A stretch of DNA of 64,000 nucleotides from Patescibacteria group bacterium (lineage in GTDB: Bacteria; Acidobacteriota; Terriglobia; Acidiferrales; UBA7541): the NCBI GenBank assembly GCA_035541255.1, contig DATKNR010000030.1, positions 4,171-68,170 on the forward strand. Direction: 5' to 3'. The position numbers were made by a program, and so were the translations under genes. Below, piece after piece: positions 53,281 to 63,551 of the stretch. Position 1 is the first letter of the stretch, and every line of letters begins with the position of its first letter. The notes below the pieces were generated by a model that ran no database searches, was not told where the DNA came from, and saw only the letters and a list, made by a program, of their open reading frames with translations.

Positions 53281-54672
53281 TTAGCTGTGCCCGCCCACGA
53301 GTTCGCGGACGATTGACCCTACAAAATTCTTCGCATCGCCGAACAGCATCAGCGTCTTGTCCATGTAATAGAGCGGATTGTCGATTCCTGCGAATCCCGG
53401 ACTCATGCTCCGCTTGATCACCATCACCGTGTGCGCCTTGTCCACGTTCAGGATGGGCATGCCGTAAATGGGGCTCGACGCGTCCGTGCGCGCCGCCGGA
53501 TTGGTCACGTCGTTGGCACCGATGATCAGAGCCACGTCCGTCTGCGGCATGTCCGAATTGATTTCGTCCATCTCCACCAGTCGCTCGTAGGGGATGTCCG
53601 CTTCCGCCAGCAGCACGTTCATGTGGCCCGGCATTCGCCCCGCCACGGGGTGGATTCCGAATTTCACGTCGATACCTTTTTTCGTCAGCACGTCGAAGAG
53701 TTCGCGCACTTTGTGCTGCGCCTGCGCCACCGCCATCCCGTATCCCGGCACGATCACCACCGTGCTCGCCGCCGCCAGAATGTCCGCCGCTTCCTCCGGC
53801 GACGCGCTCCGCACCGTCCGCTCTTCCGTCACGGCCGCCGCGCCCGCCTGCACCTGACCGAACGCGCCGAACATCACATTCGTGAACGACCGGTTCATCG
53901 CCTTGCACATGATGACGGAGAGGATGAAGCCCGACGATCCGTCCAGGGCGCCCGCTACCACCAGCACTTTGCTGTTCAGCACAAAGCCCAGCAGTGCTGC
54001 GGAGAATCCGGCGTAGGAGTTCAGCAGCGAAATCACGGTGGGCATGTCTGCCCCGCCGATCGGCGTCACCAGCAGCACGCCGAACACCAGCGCCACCACG
54101 ACCATGATTGGAAACAGCGCCGTATTTGCCGGGTTCACCACCAGCGCGATCGCCAGCAGCAGCGCTGCGCTCAGCACCGAAAGGCTCACGAAGTTCTGCC
54201 CGCGGTACACAATCGGCCGCTGTGGCAGGATCTCCTGCAATTTCCCGGCGGCGATCAGGCTGCCCGTAAACGTCAGCGAGCCGATGATTACTTCCAATCC
54301 GATTTCGCCCATCCCGAACCGCGTCACGTGCGGAACGCCCACGTAGTATTCCGCGATTCCGATCATCGCCGCGGAAAGCGCGCCGAACGCGTGGCTGAGC
54401 GCCGTTCGCTGCGGCACGGCCGTCATGTGCACCATGCCGAGCGGCACGCCCACCGCCGCCCCGATAATCAGCGTGATGATCACCCACTTGTAGGACACCA
54501 GCTCGGGATTGCACAGCGTGGCGCCCACTGCCAGCGCCGCCGCGATCTCTCCGGCCAGTACGCCGCGGCGCGCCGAGGCGGGCGAGCTGAGCCACTTGAT
54601 CGCGAGGATGAAAAGGACTGTGGCAGCGATGTAGGCGAAATCGAGATACTGTTGTATGGCTTCCGGAGTCAT
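53281..54672 (-). CDS. pntB: NAD(P) transhydrogenase subunit beta
   Basis: Multi-TM N-half. C-terminal NADP(H) domain motifs (VPGYGMAVAQAQH, HPVAGRMPGHMNVLLAEA, GANDVTNPAA). ATGA overlap with the upstream subunit. Confidence 0.95.
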   Translation of the reverse strand: MTPEAIQQYLDFAYIAATVLFILAIKWLSSPASARRGVLAGEIAAALAVGATLCNPELVSYKWVIITLIIGAAVGVPLGMVHMTAVPQRTALSHAFGALSAAMIGIAEYYVGVPHVTRFGMGEIGLEVIIGSLTFTGSLIAAGKLQEILPQRPIVYRGQNFVSLSVLSAALLLAIALVVNPANTALFPIMVVVALVFGVLLVTPIGGADMPTVISLLNSYAGFSAALLGFVLNSKVLVVAGALDGSSGFILSVIMCKAMNRSFTNVMFGAFGQVQAGAAAVTEERTVRSASPEEAADILAAASTVVIVPGYGMAVAQAQHKVRELFDVLTKKGIDVKFGIHPVAGRMPGHMNVLLAEADIPYERLVEMDEINSDMPQTDVALIIGANDVTNPAARTDASSPIYGMPILNVDKAHTVMVIKRSMSPGFAGIDNPLYYMDKTLMLFGDAKNFVGSIVRELVGGHS

Positions 54673-54965
54673 GGCTTCTGCTGCTTCCCCGTCTTGAACA
54701 TACGCAGCATGCGGTCCGTGATCACGAATCCGCCCACCATGTTGCTGAACGATGCCGCCACGGCGATCGCGCCGAGTACGGTGGCCAGGGGCGTTTCCTG
54801 CCGGCCGGCGATGATGATCGCCGCCACCACCACAATCGCGTCCAGCGCGTTCGTCAACGACATCAGCGGGGTGTGCAGCAGCGGAGACACGCGCTTAATC
54901 AGCTCGAAGCCCACAAATCCCGCGAGGATGAACACGTACAAGTTCGACAGAAAATCGGCAGGCAC
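54669..54965 (-). CDS. pntA: NAD(P) transhydrogenase subunit alpha part 2 (membrane)
   Basis: 98-aa protein with three TM helices, located between pntAA and pntB. Conserved LHTPLMS..NA motif. Confidence 0.9.
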   Translation of the reverse strand: MPADFLSNLYVFILAGFVGFELIKRVSPLLHTPLMSLTNALDAIVVVAAIIIAGRQETPLATVLGAIAVAASFSNMVGGFVITDRMLRMFKTGKQQKP

Positions 54966-54977
54966 TTGCTCCCCCCT

Positions 54978-56150
54978 TTATTTCGCCGGCGACAATGCCG
55001 GCAATTTGAAAAATTCCCGCACCCTGTTGTGCACGATCTCGCCGTCGCGTGTCACCATCGTTTCCCGGGTGATTTCGTCTTCGAGATTCAGCTGCACTTT
55101 GCCTTCTTTCACCAGGTGAGTGAGGAACGCGCCGATGTTGCGCGCGTAGAGCTGGCTGGCGTGATACGGCACCGTGCTCGCCAGGTTGAACCACCCCACG
55201 ATGGTCACTCCGTTCACCACAATCTTCTCGCCCGGCTGCGTCAGCTCGCAGTTCCCCCCGCGTTCCGCCGCCAGGTCCACGATCACCGAACCCGGTGCCA
55301 TTTTCTCCACCATTTCCTTGGTCACCAGCACCGGAGACTTTCTTCCCGGAACCACTGCGGCCGTGATCACCACTTCGCTATCCGCCACCGCGCGTCCCAG
55401 CAGTTCGCGCTGCTTCTGGTAGAAGGTTTCGTCCTGCGCTCGCGCGTACCCCCGGGCGTCTTCCGCGTCCTTAGCCTCGATGGGCAGTTCCACAAATCGT
55501 CCGCCGAGGCTTTCCACCTGTTCCTTCGCGGCCGGCCGAACGTCGTAGGCGGAGGTCACTGCGCCCAGCCGTCGTGCCGTAGCGATGGCTTGCAGTCCCG
55601 CCACGCCGGCTCCGATCACCAGCACCCGCGCCGGCGTTATCGTCCCCGCCGCGGTCGTCAACATCGGCAGCATCCTCGGCAGCAGATCCGCCGAGATCAG
55701 CACCGCCTTGTACCCGCACAACGTGGCCATGGACGAAAGCGCATCCATGCTCTGCGCCCGCGTTGTCCGCGGCATCAGCTCAATCGAAAACGAGGTGACT
55801 CCCGCCCGCGCGATGTCCTGGACCGTGGTCACGTCCCCCAGCGGCCGCAAAAAGCCGATGAGCACCTGCCCCTTGCGATATAGCGGCACGTCCGCTTTTC
55901 CCGTGCGGTCATTTGAGCCGTAGCAGAGCACCTGCGCGATTATGTCCGCGCTCCCGAACACGGCGGCCCGGTTCGGCACCAGTTTGGCGCCCTTGGCCGC
56001 ATAATCCGCGTCAGGGAATCCCGATTCTGCGCCTGCTCCCGCTTCGATCACCAGCTCCAGTCCGGCCTTTGTCAAAGTCGGAATCACTGCCGGGACCATG
56101 GCTACCCGGCGTTCTCCTGGAAAACTTTCCTTCGGCACTCCGACGATCAT
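54978..56150 (-). CDS. pntA: NAD(P) transhydrogenase subunit alpha part 1 (NAD(H)-binding)
   Basis: ATG at 56150 (MIVGVPKESFPGERRVA) after AGGAAG. Rossmann motif VIGAGVAGLQA. Confidence 0.9.
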   Translation of the reverse strand: MIVGVPKESFPGERRVAMVPAVIPTLTKAGLELVIEAGAGAESGFPDADYAAKGAKLVPNRAAVFGSADIIAQVLCYGSNDRTGKADVPLYRKGQVLIGFLRPLGDVTTVQDIARAGVTSFSIELMPRTTRAQSMDALSSMATLCGYKAVLISADLLPRMLPMLTTAAGTITPARVLVIGAGVAGLQAIATARRLGAVTSAYDVRPAAKEQVESLGGRFVELPIEAKDAEDARGYARAQDETFYQKQRELLGRAVADSEVVITAAVVPGRKSPVLVTKEMVEKMAPGSVIVDLAAERGGNCELTQPGEKIVVNGVTIVGWFNLASTVPYHASQLYARNIGAFLTHLVKEGKVQLNLEDEITRETMVTRDGEIVHNRVREFFKLPALSPAK

Positions 56151-56515
56151 GGATCCCGCTTCCTGTTCCCTCCGGCTCACCGCAAGCCTTCGCACCGGCC
56201 TGCGCCGTCGTGGGAAGAAAACACCTCATTGCAAATCACTCAAAAAAGCGGGCACATTCTACCCTCAACCTTCGATTTTTTCAGCGTCAAAGCTCACACA
56301 CTATAGTGGCGGTGCGCACGGATTCTGGTTCGCGGAACTTGATGGAGGTGCCGCGACGAGTGATTTCAGGAAGGACGGCCCGGTGGACCGCACCAGCTCC
56401 GCCAGTCTTGTTTGACTTGCATGTCCTTGCGGCCTAACATGGCCGCCGCCGCTGAAGCGGCGGTTGTGCGCGTTGCTCCGCGAACGCGGGAATCCGTTTT
56501 GGCCTGCAGGGTGGG

Positions 56516-56875
56516 ATGGTTTCCGGAATGACGACGATTCGAATCGCAACGCGGAAGATTGACTCCGTAACCATCCTCGATTTGGAAGGCCGCCTCATCC
56601 TTGGATCTGCCACTGATTCGCTCGGCAGCGCCATTCAGGACGCGATTGCGAAGGGCGCCCGCAAAATTCTGCTGAATTTGAAGAACGTGACCCAGGTGGA
56701 TACTACAGGCATCAGCACGATCGTGCGCGGTTTCGTCAGTCTGGAGCGTTCCGGCGGGAAACTGGCGGTTTGCAATCTTGCCGAGCGTGTCCGCATGGTG
56801 CTCGACCTCACCCGCCTGCTCAACGTAATTCCCAACTTTCCCGACGAAGCCGCGGGCCTCGACCGCCTGCGCTAA
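56516..56875 (+). CDS. STAS-domain anti-sigma-factor antagonist
   Basis: SpoIIAA-like pattern (ILDLEGRL, LLNLKNVTQVDTTGIS, KLAVCNL...VLDLTRL). The start could be ATG 56528. Confidence 0.85.
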   Translation: MVSGMTTIRIATRKIDSVTILDLEGRLILGSATDSLGSAIQDAIAKGARKILLNLKNVTQVDTTGISTIVRGFVSLERSGGKLAVCNLAERVRMVLDLTRLLNVIPNFPDEAAGLDRLR

Positions 56876-56887
56876 CCTCCGCCCGCT

Positions 56888-57880
56888 CTAACCTGCGGTC
56901 AGTTCCGAGAATTTGTTCAGGTCTATATTTCCGCCGCTCACCACCGCCACTACTTTTCCGCTTCCGCATTTCCCGCTGAGCGCCGCGGCCACCGCGCATG
57001 CTCCCGCGCCTTCCGCGATCACGTGGGTGCGTTCCGCCACAATCCGCATCGCCCCGCGAATTTCGTCCAGAGTCGTCACTACTGATCCCGCCAGCAGGTG
57101 ATGCGCCAGGGCCCACATCCGCGGGAACACACTTTTCCCTCCGCTGCCGTCCACGAAGCTCGGCTTCCAGTTCGGGAACGTCTCCGCCGATCCTTTGGAG
57201 AATGAATAAGCCAGCGGCCACGCAGTTTCAGGCTCCGCTCCGTACACTTTCACTCCCGGCTTTCGCGTCTCCATTGCCGCCGCGATTCCGCAGGTCAGCC
57301 CGCCTCCCCCGAACGCCGCAACAACCGCATCCACATCAGGCAGGTCTTCCAGGATCTCCAGCCCGCACGAGGCATTGCCGGCGATGAACTCATCGTCCTC
57401 GAACGGATGCACCATCGTTCCCGTCATCGCCGGATGGCGCCTCTCGCCCAGTGCCTTCCAGCATTCGTCGAATGGCGCCTTCACGATTTCCGCCCCCAGC
57501 CGCCGGATGGCGTCCAATTTGGTAGCTGGAGCCGTGTCCATCACCAGCACGCTCGCCCGCACTCCCGCCTTCTTCGCCGCCAATGCAACTCCCTGCGCCG
57601 CATTTCCCGCACTCACTGTCCACACGCCCAGCGCACGCTGCTCCGGCGGCAGCAGCCGCACCTGGTTGTACGCCCCGCGAATTTTGAACGAGCCGATCGG
57701 CTGCAGGCTTTCCAGCTTCAAGTAAATCTCCGCAGGTGCGTCCGCGTAATTCAGCCGCACCAGCGGCGTCCGCACCGCCGCCTCGTACACATGCAGCCGG
57801 GCGTCCTCGATCATCTCCTGCGGAATCGTTCGCCGCTCGGACCTCTCCAGGCTTGATGCCATTGTTATGGTGCTCATCAA
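56888..57880 (-). CDS. PLP-dependent threonine/serine dehydratase family enzyme
   Basis: PLP-Lys motif QPIGSFKIRGA, GNAAQGVA, and glycine-rich GGGGLTCG. Confidence 0.85.
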   Translation of the reverse strand: MMSTITMASSLERSERRTIPQEMIEDARLHVYEAAVRTPLVRLNYADAPAEIYLKLESLQPIGSFKIRGAYNQVRLLPPEQRALGVWTVSAGNAAQGVALAAKKAGVRASVLVMDTAPATKLDAIRRLGAEIVKAPFDECWKALGERRHPAMTGTMVHPFEDDEFIAGNASCGLEILEDLPDVDAVVAAFGGGGLTCGIAAAMETRKPGVKVYGAEPETAWPLAYSFSKGSAETFPNWKPSFVDGSGGKSVFPRMWALAHHLLAGSVVTTLDEIRGAMRIVAERTHVIAEGAGACAVAAALSGKCGSGKVVAVVSGGNIDLNKFSELTAG

Positions 57881-57902
57881 AATCCGTGTGAACTCGGCGG
57901 TG

Positions 57903-58706
57903 CTAGTTTTGGTCCCCAGACGCGTCGATTTCCGTTTGGGCCCGCCCCATCCCGCGCGGCTCGGGAATCGAAGAGTCCGGCAGACTGTGAATGCTCAGCC
58001 GGGAATTTATCAGTGTGTCGGCGCGGTCCCACACCTGATCGTCGACCTCGATCGCGCAGTGTGGTTTTGTAAACCAGCGGTTGTACCAGGGATATCCCGG
58101 ACATGCTCCGGGTTTGTATTCGAGCCGGATGTTGCCCAGAATTTGCGTGCGTTGTGGGTCGGCCGCCCTGATTTCCTTCCGGCCATGCAGCCATCCATCG
58201 CTTTGGTAGAAGTTGATGGCCTGCTTTACGTTCGGCGGGATAACCGAGTCTTCCTCTCCCCGCTTGTGCACGCTGTCCACCTGAATCGTCAGAAGGATGG
58301 GAATGCCATCCTTCCCCAACTCCTTTGCCAGGTGTACGGTTTCCGAACCTCCCCAGCTATGACCGAAGAGCACGATTCGCGCGCTTTGCTTTTCCAAATC
58401 CGAAAGGCTTCCGTCATGGTCTGAGTCCAGCCGGCGTTCGATTTCCGTTCGCGCCTCCCGCCAGTGATGGTTTTCGAACACAGCTACGAAGGCGCCCACC
58501 GGTAGTTCGCGCCGGATGCGATCCGCAAACTGCACCACTCCATGCACCCGGTCATCTTGATGCACGAATCCGCCGACAATCCCGATCACCATTGCCTTCG
58601 GCATCTCCTTCCCGGCTCGGGACTCCACCGGGACGTGCTGGGTGGCCCCCGCGCAGAGCGCGAGTGCCAGCAAGCCAGCGAAGATCGTGCACGCTGCAGT
58701 CCTCAT
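57903..58706 (-). CDS. secreted alpha/beta-hydrolase-like protein
   Basis: Signal peptide (FAGLLALALCAGA) and lipase-type elbow GHSWGG. No finer family recognised. Confidence 0.6.
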   Translation of the reverse strand: MRTAACTIFAGLLALALCAGATQHVPVESRAGKEMPKAMVIGIVGGFVHQDDRVHGVVQFADRIRRELPVGAFVAVFENHHWREARTEIERRLDSDHDGSLSDLEKQSARIVLFGHSWGGSETVHLAKELGKDGIPILLTIQVDSVHKRGEEDSVIPPNVKQAINFYQSDGWLHGRKEIRAADPQRTQILGNIRLEYKPGACPGYPWYNRWFTKPHCAIEVDDQVWDRADTLINSRLSIHSLPDSSIPEPRGMGRAQTEIDASGDQN

Positions 58707-58884
58707 CCGCTCACTCGCAGATCCCGCTCATGGTATGGGGAAGCCCACACCGAGTCAATTTCCGAATCGTCGGACCAGCGGGCAATTTGATGTCCCACGA
58801 ATCGCCCCGCCGGTTGAGCGAGCGCTGCGGCGTGTGCAAAGATTCGAGTGCCCGATTGTCTCCCAGAGCATCGAAAGGAATGCC

Positions 58885-59616
58885 ATGGCCCGGTCTCTGG
58901 ACTCCAACTCGCCACCGAGAGTGGTTTTGGTCGCGGGCGGCACGGGCGGCCTCGGCCGAGCGGTGTGTCTGGCGTTTCTCGAGCAAAACGCGCGTGTGAT
59001 TGCCACCTACCGCAGAGAAGACGAATTCCGCACCCTGAAATCCGCAGCCGGCGCCCGCGCCTCTTCTCTCGAAGGCTCCTCCCTTGACGTCACGGACGAA
59101 ACTGCCGTTACCGCTCTCATCGATTCGGTCGTTTCCACTCGTGGCCGCCTGGATGTGCTCGTCAACGCTGTCGGCGGCTATGCCGGCGGCAGCAAACTAT
59201 GGGAGCTTGATACGAAGGTCTTCGATCAAATGCTCTCGCTAAACCTCCGTTCAGGCTACGCGCTGGCGCGCGCCGCGGTCCGCGTTATGTTGAAGCAGGG
59301 TAGCGGCGCCATCGTCAATGTCGCAGCCAAGGCTGCCTTCGATCATGGCGCCGGCGCAGCCGCCTACGCTGCTTCGAAGGCCGCAGCCGTCGCGCTCATG
59401 GATTCGCTCGCCGCAGACCTCAAGGGAACGGGCATCCGCGTCAATTCCGTCCTGCCCAGCATTATCGACACGGAAGCAAATCGCCGCGCCATGCCCCATG
59501 CCGACTTTTCCAGATGGCCGAAGCCCGAAGATATCGCCCGTGTCATCCTGTATCTTTCGAGCGACGCCGCCTCGGTCGTTCACGGCGCCGCCGTCCCGGT
59601 CTACGGCGAAAGCTGA
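58885..59616 (+). CDS. SDR family oxidoreductase
   Basis: ATG at 58885 after GAAAGGAA. TGGxGGLG cofactor motif (VAGGTGGLGRA), NAVG, and catalytic YAASKAA. Confidence 0.9.
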   Translation: MARSLDSNSPPRVVLVAGGTGGLGRAVCLAFLEQNARVIATYRREDEFRTLKSAAGARASSLEGSSLDVTDETAVTALIDSVVSTRGRLDVLVNAVGGYAGGSKLWELDTKVFDQMLSLNLRSGYALARAAVRVMLKQGSGAIVNVAAKAAFDHGAGAAAYAASKAAAVALMDSLAADLKGTGIRVNSVLPSIIDTEANRRAMPHADFSRWPKPEDIARVILYLSSDAASVVHGAAVPVYGES

Positions 59617-59673
59617 CTGCCGGCGGAGAGTCTTGCAGGGCTTTGAATTTCGAGTTTCGCTCTTGGAGGTTCC

Positions 59674-60576
59674 ATGTCCATCCGTCCCGTTAAGCGCATC
59701 ATCAAATCGAAGCCTACGCTGGAGGGCGCCGGAGTTCATCTCCGCCGCGCCTTCGGTTTCGGCAACACCAAAGAGTTCGATCCGTTCCTCCTCCTCGATG
59801 ATTTCCGCAACGACGTGCCCGAGGACTATCTCGCCGGTTTTCCCTGGCACCCCCATCGCGGCATCGAAACGATCACCTACGTCCTTGCCGGCACCGTCGA
59901 GCACGGCGACAGCATCGGCAATCGCGGCACCATCGCCGCTGGCGACGTGCAGTGGATGACGGCCGGCAGCGGCATCATTCACCAGGAAATGCCCAAGGGG
60001 GACGCCGCCGGCCGTATGCACGGCTTTCAGCTCTGGGCCAATTTGCCCTCCGCGCTCAAAATGACTAAGCCGCGTTACCAGGAAGTGAAAGCCGCCGAAA
60101 TTCCCGTGATTACGGACGACGACGGCACTCACGTCCGCATCGTCTGCGGAAAATTCTGGGGCAAATCCGGTCCTGTGGAAGGCGTCGCCGCCGATCCGCT
60201 CTATCTGGACGTTTCGGTCGCTCCTGGCCGACGCAAAACTCTGCCCATTGAAACCACGCGCCATGCCTTCGCCTACGTCTTTTCCGGCGCCGGAAAATTC
60301 TGCAACTCTTCCGAGCCGCTTGCCGTTCCCACCGAGCCCGTTGGCTGGCTCGACACCGCTCCGCCCTCGGACGTGGAGAACCGCTCGCTCGTCCTCTTCG
60401 ATTCCGGCGATGAACTCACCGTGCAGGCCGGCGACGATGGGATTCGATTTCTGCTTTGCTCCGGCAAGCCGCTCGAAGAACCGGTCGCCTGGTACGGCCC
60501 CATCGTCATGAACACTCAGGAAGAACTCCGCCAGGCCTTCACCGAACTCGACCGCGGCACCTTTCTGAAGAAGTAG
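59674..60576 (+). CDS. pirin family protein
   Basis: Pirin N-domain metal motif (FPWHPHRGIETITYV, GDVQWMTAGSGIIHQE) and a C-terminal cupin. Confidence 0.9.
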   Translation: MSIRPVKRIIKSKPTLEGAGVHLRRAFGFGNTKEFDPFLLLDDFRNDVPEDYLAGFPWHPHRGIETITYVLAGTVEHGDSIGNRGTIAAGDVQWMTAGSGIIHQEMPKGDAAGRMHGFQLWANLPSALKMTKPRYQEVKAAEIPVITDDDGTHVRIVCGKFWGKSGPVEGVAADPLYLDVSVAPGRRKTLPIETTRHAFAYVFSGAGKFCNSSEPLAVPTEPVGWLDTAPPSDVENRSLVLFDSGDELTVQAGDDGIRFLLCSGKPLEEPVAWYGPIVMNTQEELRQAFTELDRGTFLKK

Positions 60577-60796
60577 CACAGGCATTTCTGCCTCTAAGCC
60601 TCTCAGCAGCGCGAAACGTGCGATCCGCTCAGATTCGTGCCATCGCTCAACTCCATCCGCGCAAACGAATCCACGGCTGCACTCCATCCCGCTTTGTCCT
60701 CGCAGGCCAATTGCGGCTATACTACGGTTGATTCGGGGACAACGCCCTACGACGGAGATGAATTCTGCGGGTGTCCCTGAATGGAAAGTTGGGGGA

Positions 60797-63487
60797 ATGG
60801 GCACGATCACGAATCACGTCACCAATGGCCGCCACGCGGCCGAGCAGGATCCGGAGCTTCGCGAGTGGGTCGAATCTTTCGAAGCCCTGGTGGAAGAAAG
60901 CGGGCCCGAACGAGCCGCCCAGATTCTCGACCAGCTCCGCGCTCACGCCGAGCGCACGGGCATCCCGCTCCACTTCTCCGCCAACACACCCTACGTCAAC
61001 ACGATTCCCTACGACCGTCAGCCGCCTTTTCCCGGCGATCAGGAAATCGAGCGGCGCATCAAGAGCATTATCCGCTGGAACGCTCTGGCCATGGTCGTGC
61101 GCGCAAACCGCGTAGAGCACAACATTGGCGGCCACATCTCCACCTACGCTTCCCAGGCCACGCTTTTTGAAGTCGGCTTCAATCATTTCTTCCGCGCGCG
61201 CAATCAGGACTCTGAAGGCGACCACGTTTTCTTCCAGGGACACGCCGCGCCGGGTATTTATGCCCGCGCGTTTCTCGAGGGGCGCCTCACCGTTCATCAG
61301 CTCGAAAATTTCCGCCGCGAGCTCAAGCCGGAAGGCGGGCTTTCCTCCTATCCGCATCCCTGGCTCATGCCCGAATTCTGGCAATTTCCCACGGTTTCGA
61401 TGGGCCTCAGCCCCATCATGGCCATTTACCAGGCCCGCTTTAACCGTTACCTCGAAGATCGCGGCCTCAAGCCCCGCACCGATTCGAAGGTCTGGGCCTT
61501 CCTCGGCGATGGCGAAACGGACGAGCCCGAAGCTCTCGGCGCCATCACTCTCGCCAGCCGCGAGCAGCTCGACAACCTCATCTTCGTCGTCAACTGTAAC
61601 CTCCAGCGGCTCGACGGCCCTGTCCGCGGCAACGGAAAAATCATCGCAGAGCTGGAAGCCATCTTCCGCGGCGCCGGATGGAACGTCATCAAGGTCATCT
61701 GGGGCAGCGACTGGGATTCCTTGCTCGAGCACGACGTGGAAGGCGTGCTCGTCAAGCGCATGGGAGAAGTTGTCGACGGCGAGTCGCAGAAATACGTAGT
61801 GGAGCCCGGTTCTTACACCCGTCAGCATTTCTTCGGCGCCGATCCCCGCCTGCTCAAGCTCGTCGAGCACCTCTCCGACGAACAGATACGCCGCCTCCGC
61901 CTCGGCGGCCATGATCCGCGCAAAATGCACGCCGCTTACAAGGCCGCCGTCGAACATCGCGACTCACCTACCGTCGTTCTCGCCCGCACCATCAAAGGCT
62001 ACGGCCTCGGCGAAGCCGGCGAAGGACGCAACATTACCCATCAGCAGAAGAAATTGAACGAAGACGAGCTGCGTGAATTCCGCTCCCGCTTCGGCATTCC
62101 CATCCGCGATGAAGACGTCGCCGAAGCACCCTTCTACCGCCCGCCGGAAAACAGCCCGGAAATGCAGTACCTCCGCGCACGTCGCCAGGAGCTCGGCGGC
62201 TTCGTGCCTCAGCGCGCCGTCCTCGCGCCGCCCATCAAGGCCAATCTCGGCGAGCTCTTCAAGGAATTCGAGGCCGGCAGCGACAATCGCGAAGTCTCCA
62301 CCACCATGGCGTTTGTCGGCATGCTCCGCAAGCTCATGCGCGACCCGGAAATCGGCAAGCTCGTCGTGCCCATCGTTCCGGACGAGGCCCGCACCTTCGG
62401 CATGGAGTCGCTCTTCCGCCAGGTCGGCATCTATGCCCATGGCGGCCAGAAGTACGAGCCCGTAGACGTTCACACGCTGCTCTATTACAAGGAAGCTGTC
62501 GAAGGCCAGATTCTCGAGGAGGGCATCACCGAAGCGGGCTCCATCAGCTCGTTTACCGCCGCGGGCACCGCCTATGCCACGCACGGCATCAATACGATTC
62601 CGTTCTTCATCTTCTATTCCATGTTCGGCCTCCAGCGCATCGGCGACCTCGTGTGGGCCGCCGCGGACATGAGCGCTCGCGGCTTCCTGCTCGGCGGCAC
62701 TTCCGGGCGAACCACTCTCGCCGGCGAGGGACTCCAGCACCAGGACGGCAACAGCCACATCCTCGCGCTTCCCGTCCCCAATTTGCGCGCCTACGATCCC
62801 GCCTTCGCCTACGAGATCGCCGCCATCCTCCAGGACGGTATCCATCGCATGTACCGCGATGGCGAGCGCATTTTCTACTACATCACTGTCATGAACGAGC
62901 CGTACACCATGCCGCCAATGCCCGCCGGCTCACGCGAAGGAATCCTCCGCGGCATCTACAAGGTCTCGCCGGCCACCAGCAAGAAATCCAAGCTGCGCGC
63001 GCAGGTGCTGGGCAGTGGCGCCATCCTCACGGAAGCGCTCAAGGCCCAAGAGCTTCTCTCCGGCCAGTTCGGAGTTGCCGTCGACGTTTGGAGCGTCACC
63101 AGTTACAAGGAGCTCTACCGCGACGCCATGGACGCAGACCGCGAAAATCTCCTGCATCCAGGCGCAAAGCCTCGTGTGCCCTACGTTACTTCGGCACTGG
63201 CCGGCGCTCCAGGTCCTATCATCGCCGCCAGCGATTATCTGAAGGCCCTGCCGTTGATGGTTTCCAAGTGGATGCCGCGCCAGCCCGTCGTGCTTGGCAC
63301 GGACGGTTTTGGCCGCAGCGACACGCGCGCCGCCCTCCGCCATCACTTTGAAGTGGATGCCCCCGCCATTGCGCTCGCGGTTCTCGTCGAACTCCATCGC
63401 GAGGGCCAGGTGGATGCCGCTACGGTTCAGCGCGCCTTCAAGGAACTGGAAATCGATCCATCGCGGCCCAATCCCGTTACTGCCTGA
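60797..63487 (+). CDS. aceE: pyruvate dehydrogenase E1 component (homodimeric type)
   Basis: ATG at 60797 (MGTITNH...DPELREWVESF). Motifs GGHISTYASQATL, GDGETDEPE (ThDP/Mg), and NCNLQRLDGPVRGN. Confidence 0.95.
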   Translation: MGTITNHVTNGRHAAEQDPELREWVESFEALVEESGPERAAQILDQLRAHAERTGIPLHFSANTPYVNTIPYDRQPPFPGDQEIERRIKSIIRWNALAMVVRANRVEHNIGGHISTYASQATLFEVGFNHFFRARNQDSEGDHVFFQGHAAPGIYARAFLEGRLTVHQLENFRRELKPEGGLSSYPHPWLMPEFWQFPTVSMGLSPIMAIYQARFNRYLEDRGLKPRTDSKVWAFLGDGETDEPEALGAITLASREQLDNLIFVVNCNLQRLDGPVRGNGKIIAELEAIFRGAGWNVIKVIWGSDWDSLLEHDVEGVLVKRMGEVVDGESQKYVVEPGSYTRQHFFGADPRLLKLVEHLSDEQIRRLRLGGHDPRKMHAAYKAAVEHRDSPTVVLARTIKGYGLGEAGEGRNITHQQKKLNEDELREFRSRFGIPIRDEDVAEAPFYRPPENSPEMQYLRARRQELGGFVPQRAVLAPPIKANLGELFKEFEAGSDNREVSTTMAFVGMLRKLMRDPEIGKLVVPIVPDEARTFGMESLFRQVGIYAHGGQKYEPVDVHTLLYYKEAVEGQILEEGITEAGSISSFTAAGTAYATHGINTIPFFIFYSMFGLQRIGDLVWAAADMSARGFLLGGTSGRTTLAGEGLQHQDGNSHILALPVPNLRAYDPAFAYEIAAILQDGIHRMYRDGERIFYYITVMNEPYTMPPMPAGSREGILRGIYKVSPATSKKSKLRAQVLGSGAILTEALKAQELLSGQFGVAVDVWSVTSYKELYRDAMDADRENLLHPGAKPRVPYVTSALAGAPGPIIAASDYLKALPLMVSKWMPRQPVVLGTDGFGRSDTRAALRHHFEVDAPAIALAVLVELHREGQVDAATVQRAFKELEIDPSRPNPVTA

Positions 63488-63551
63488 GTGGCGTGGGCAT
63501 TCAAGCCCGCGTGATTTTCCCAGGCAGCCTCCAATTCCAAGCCGCGCCGGG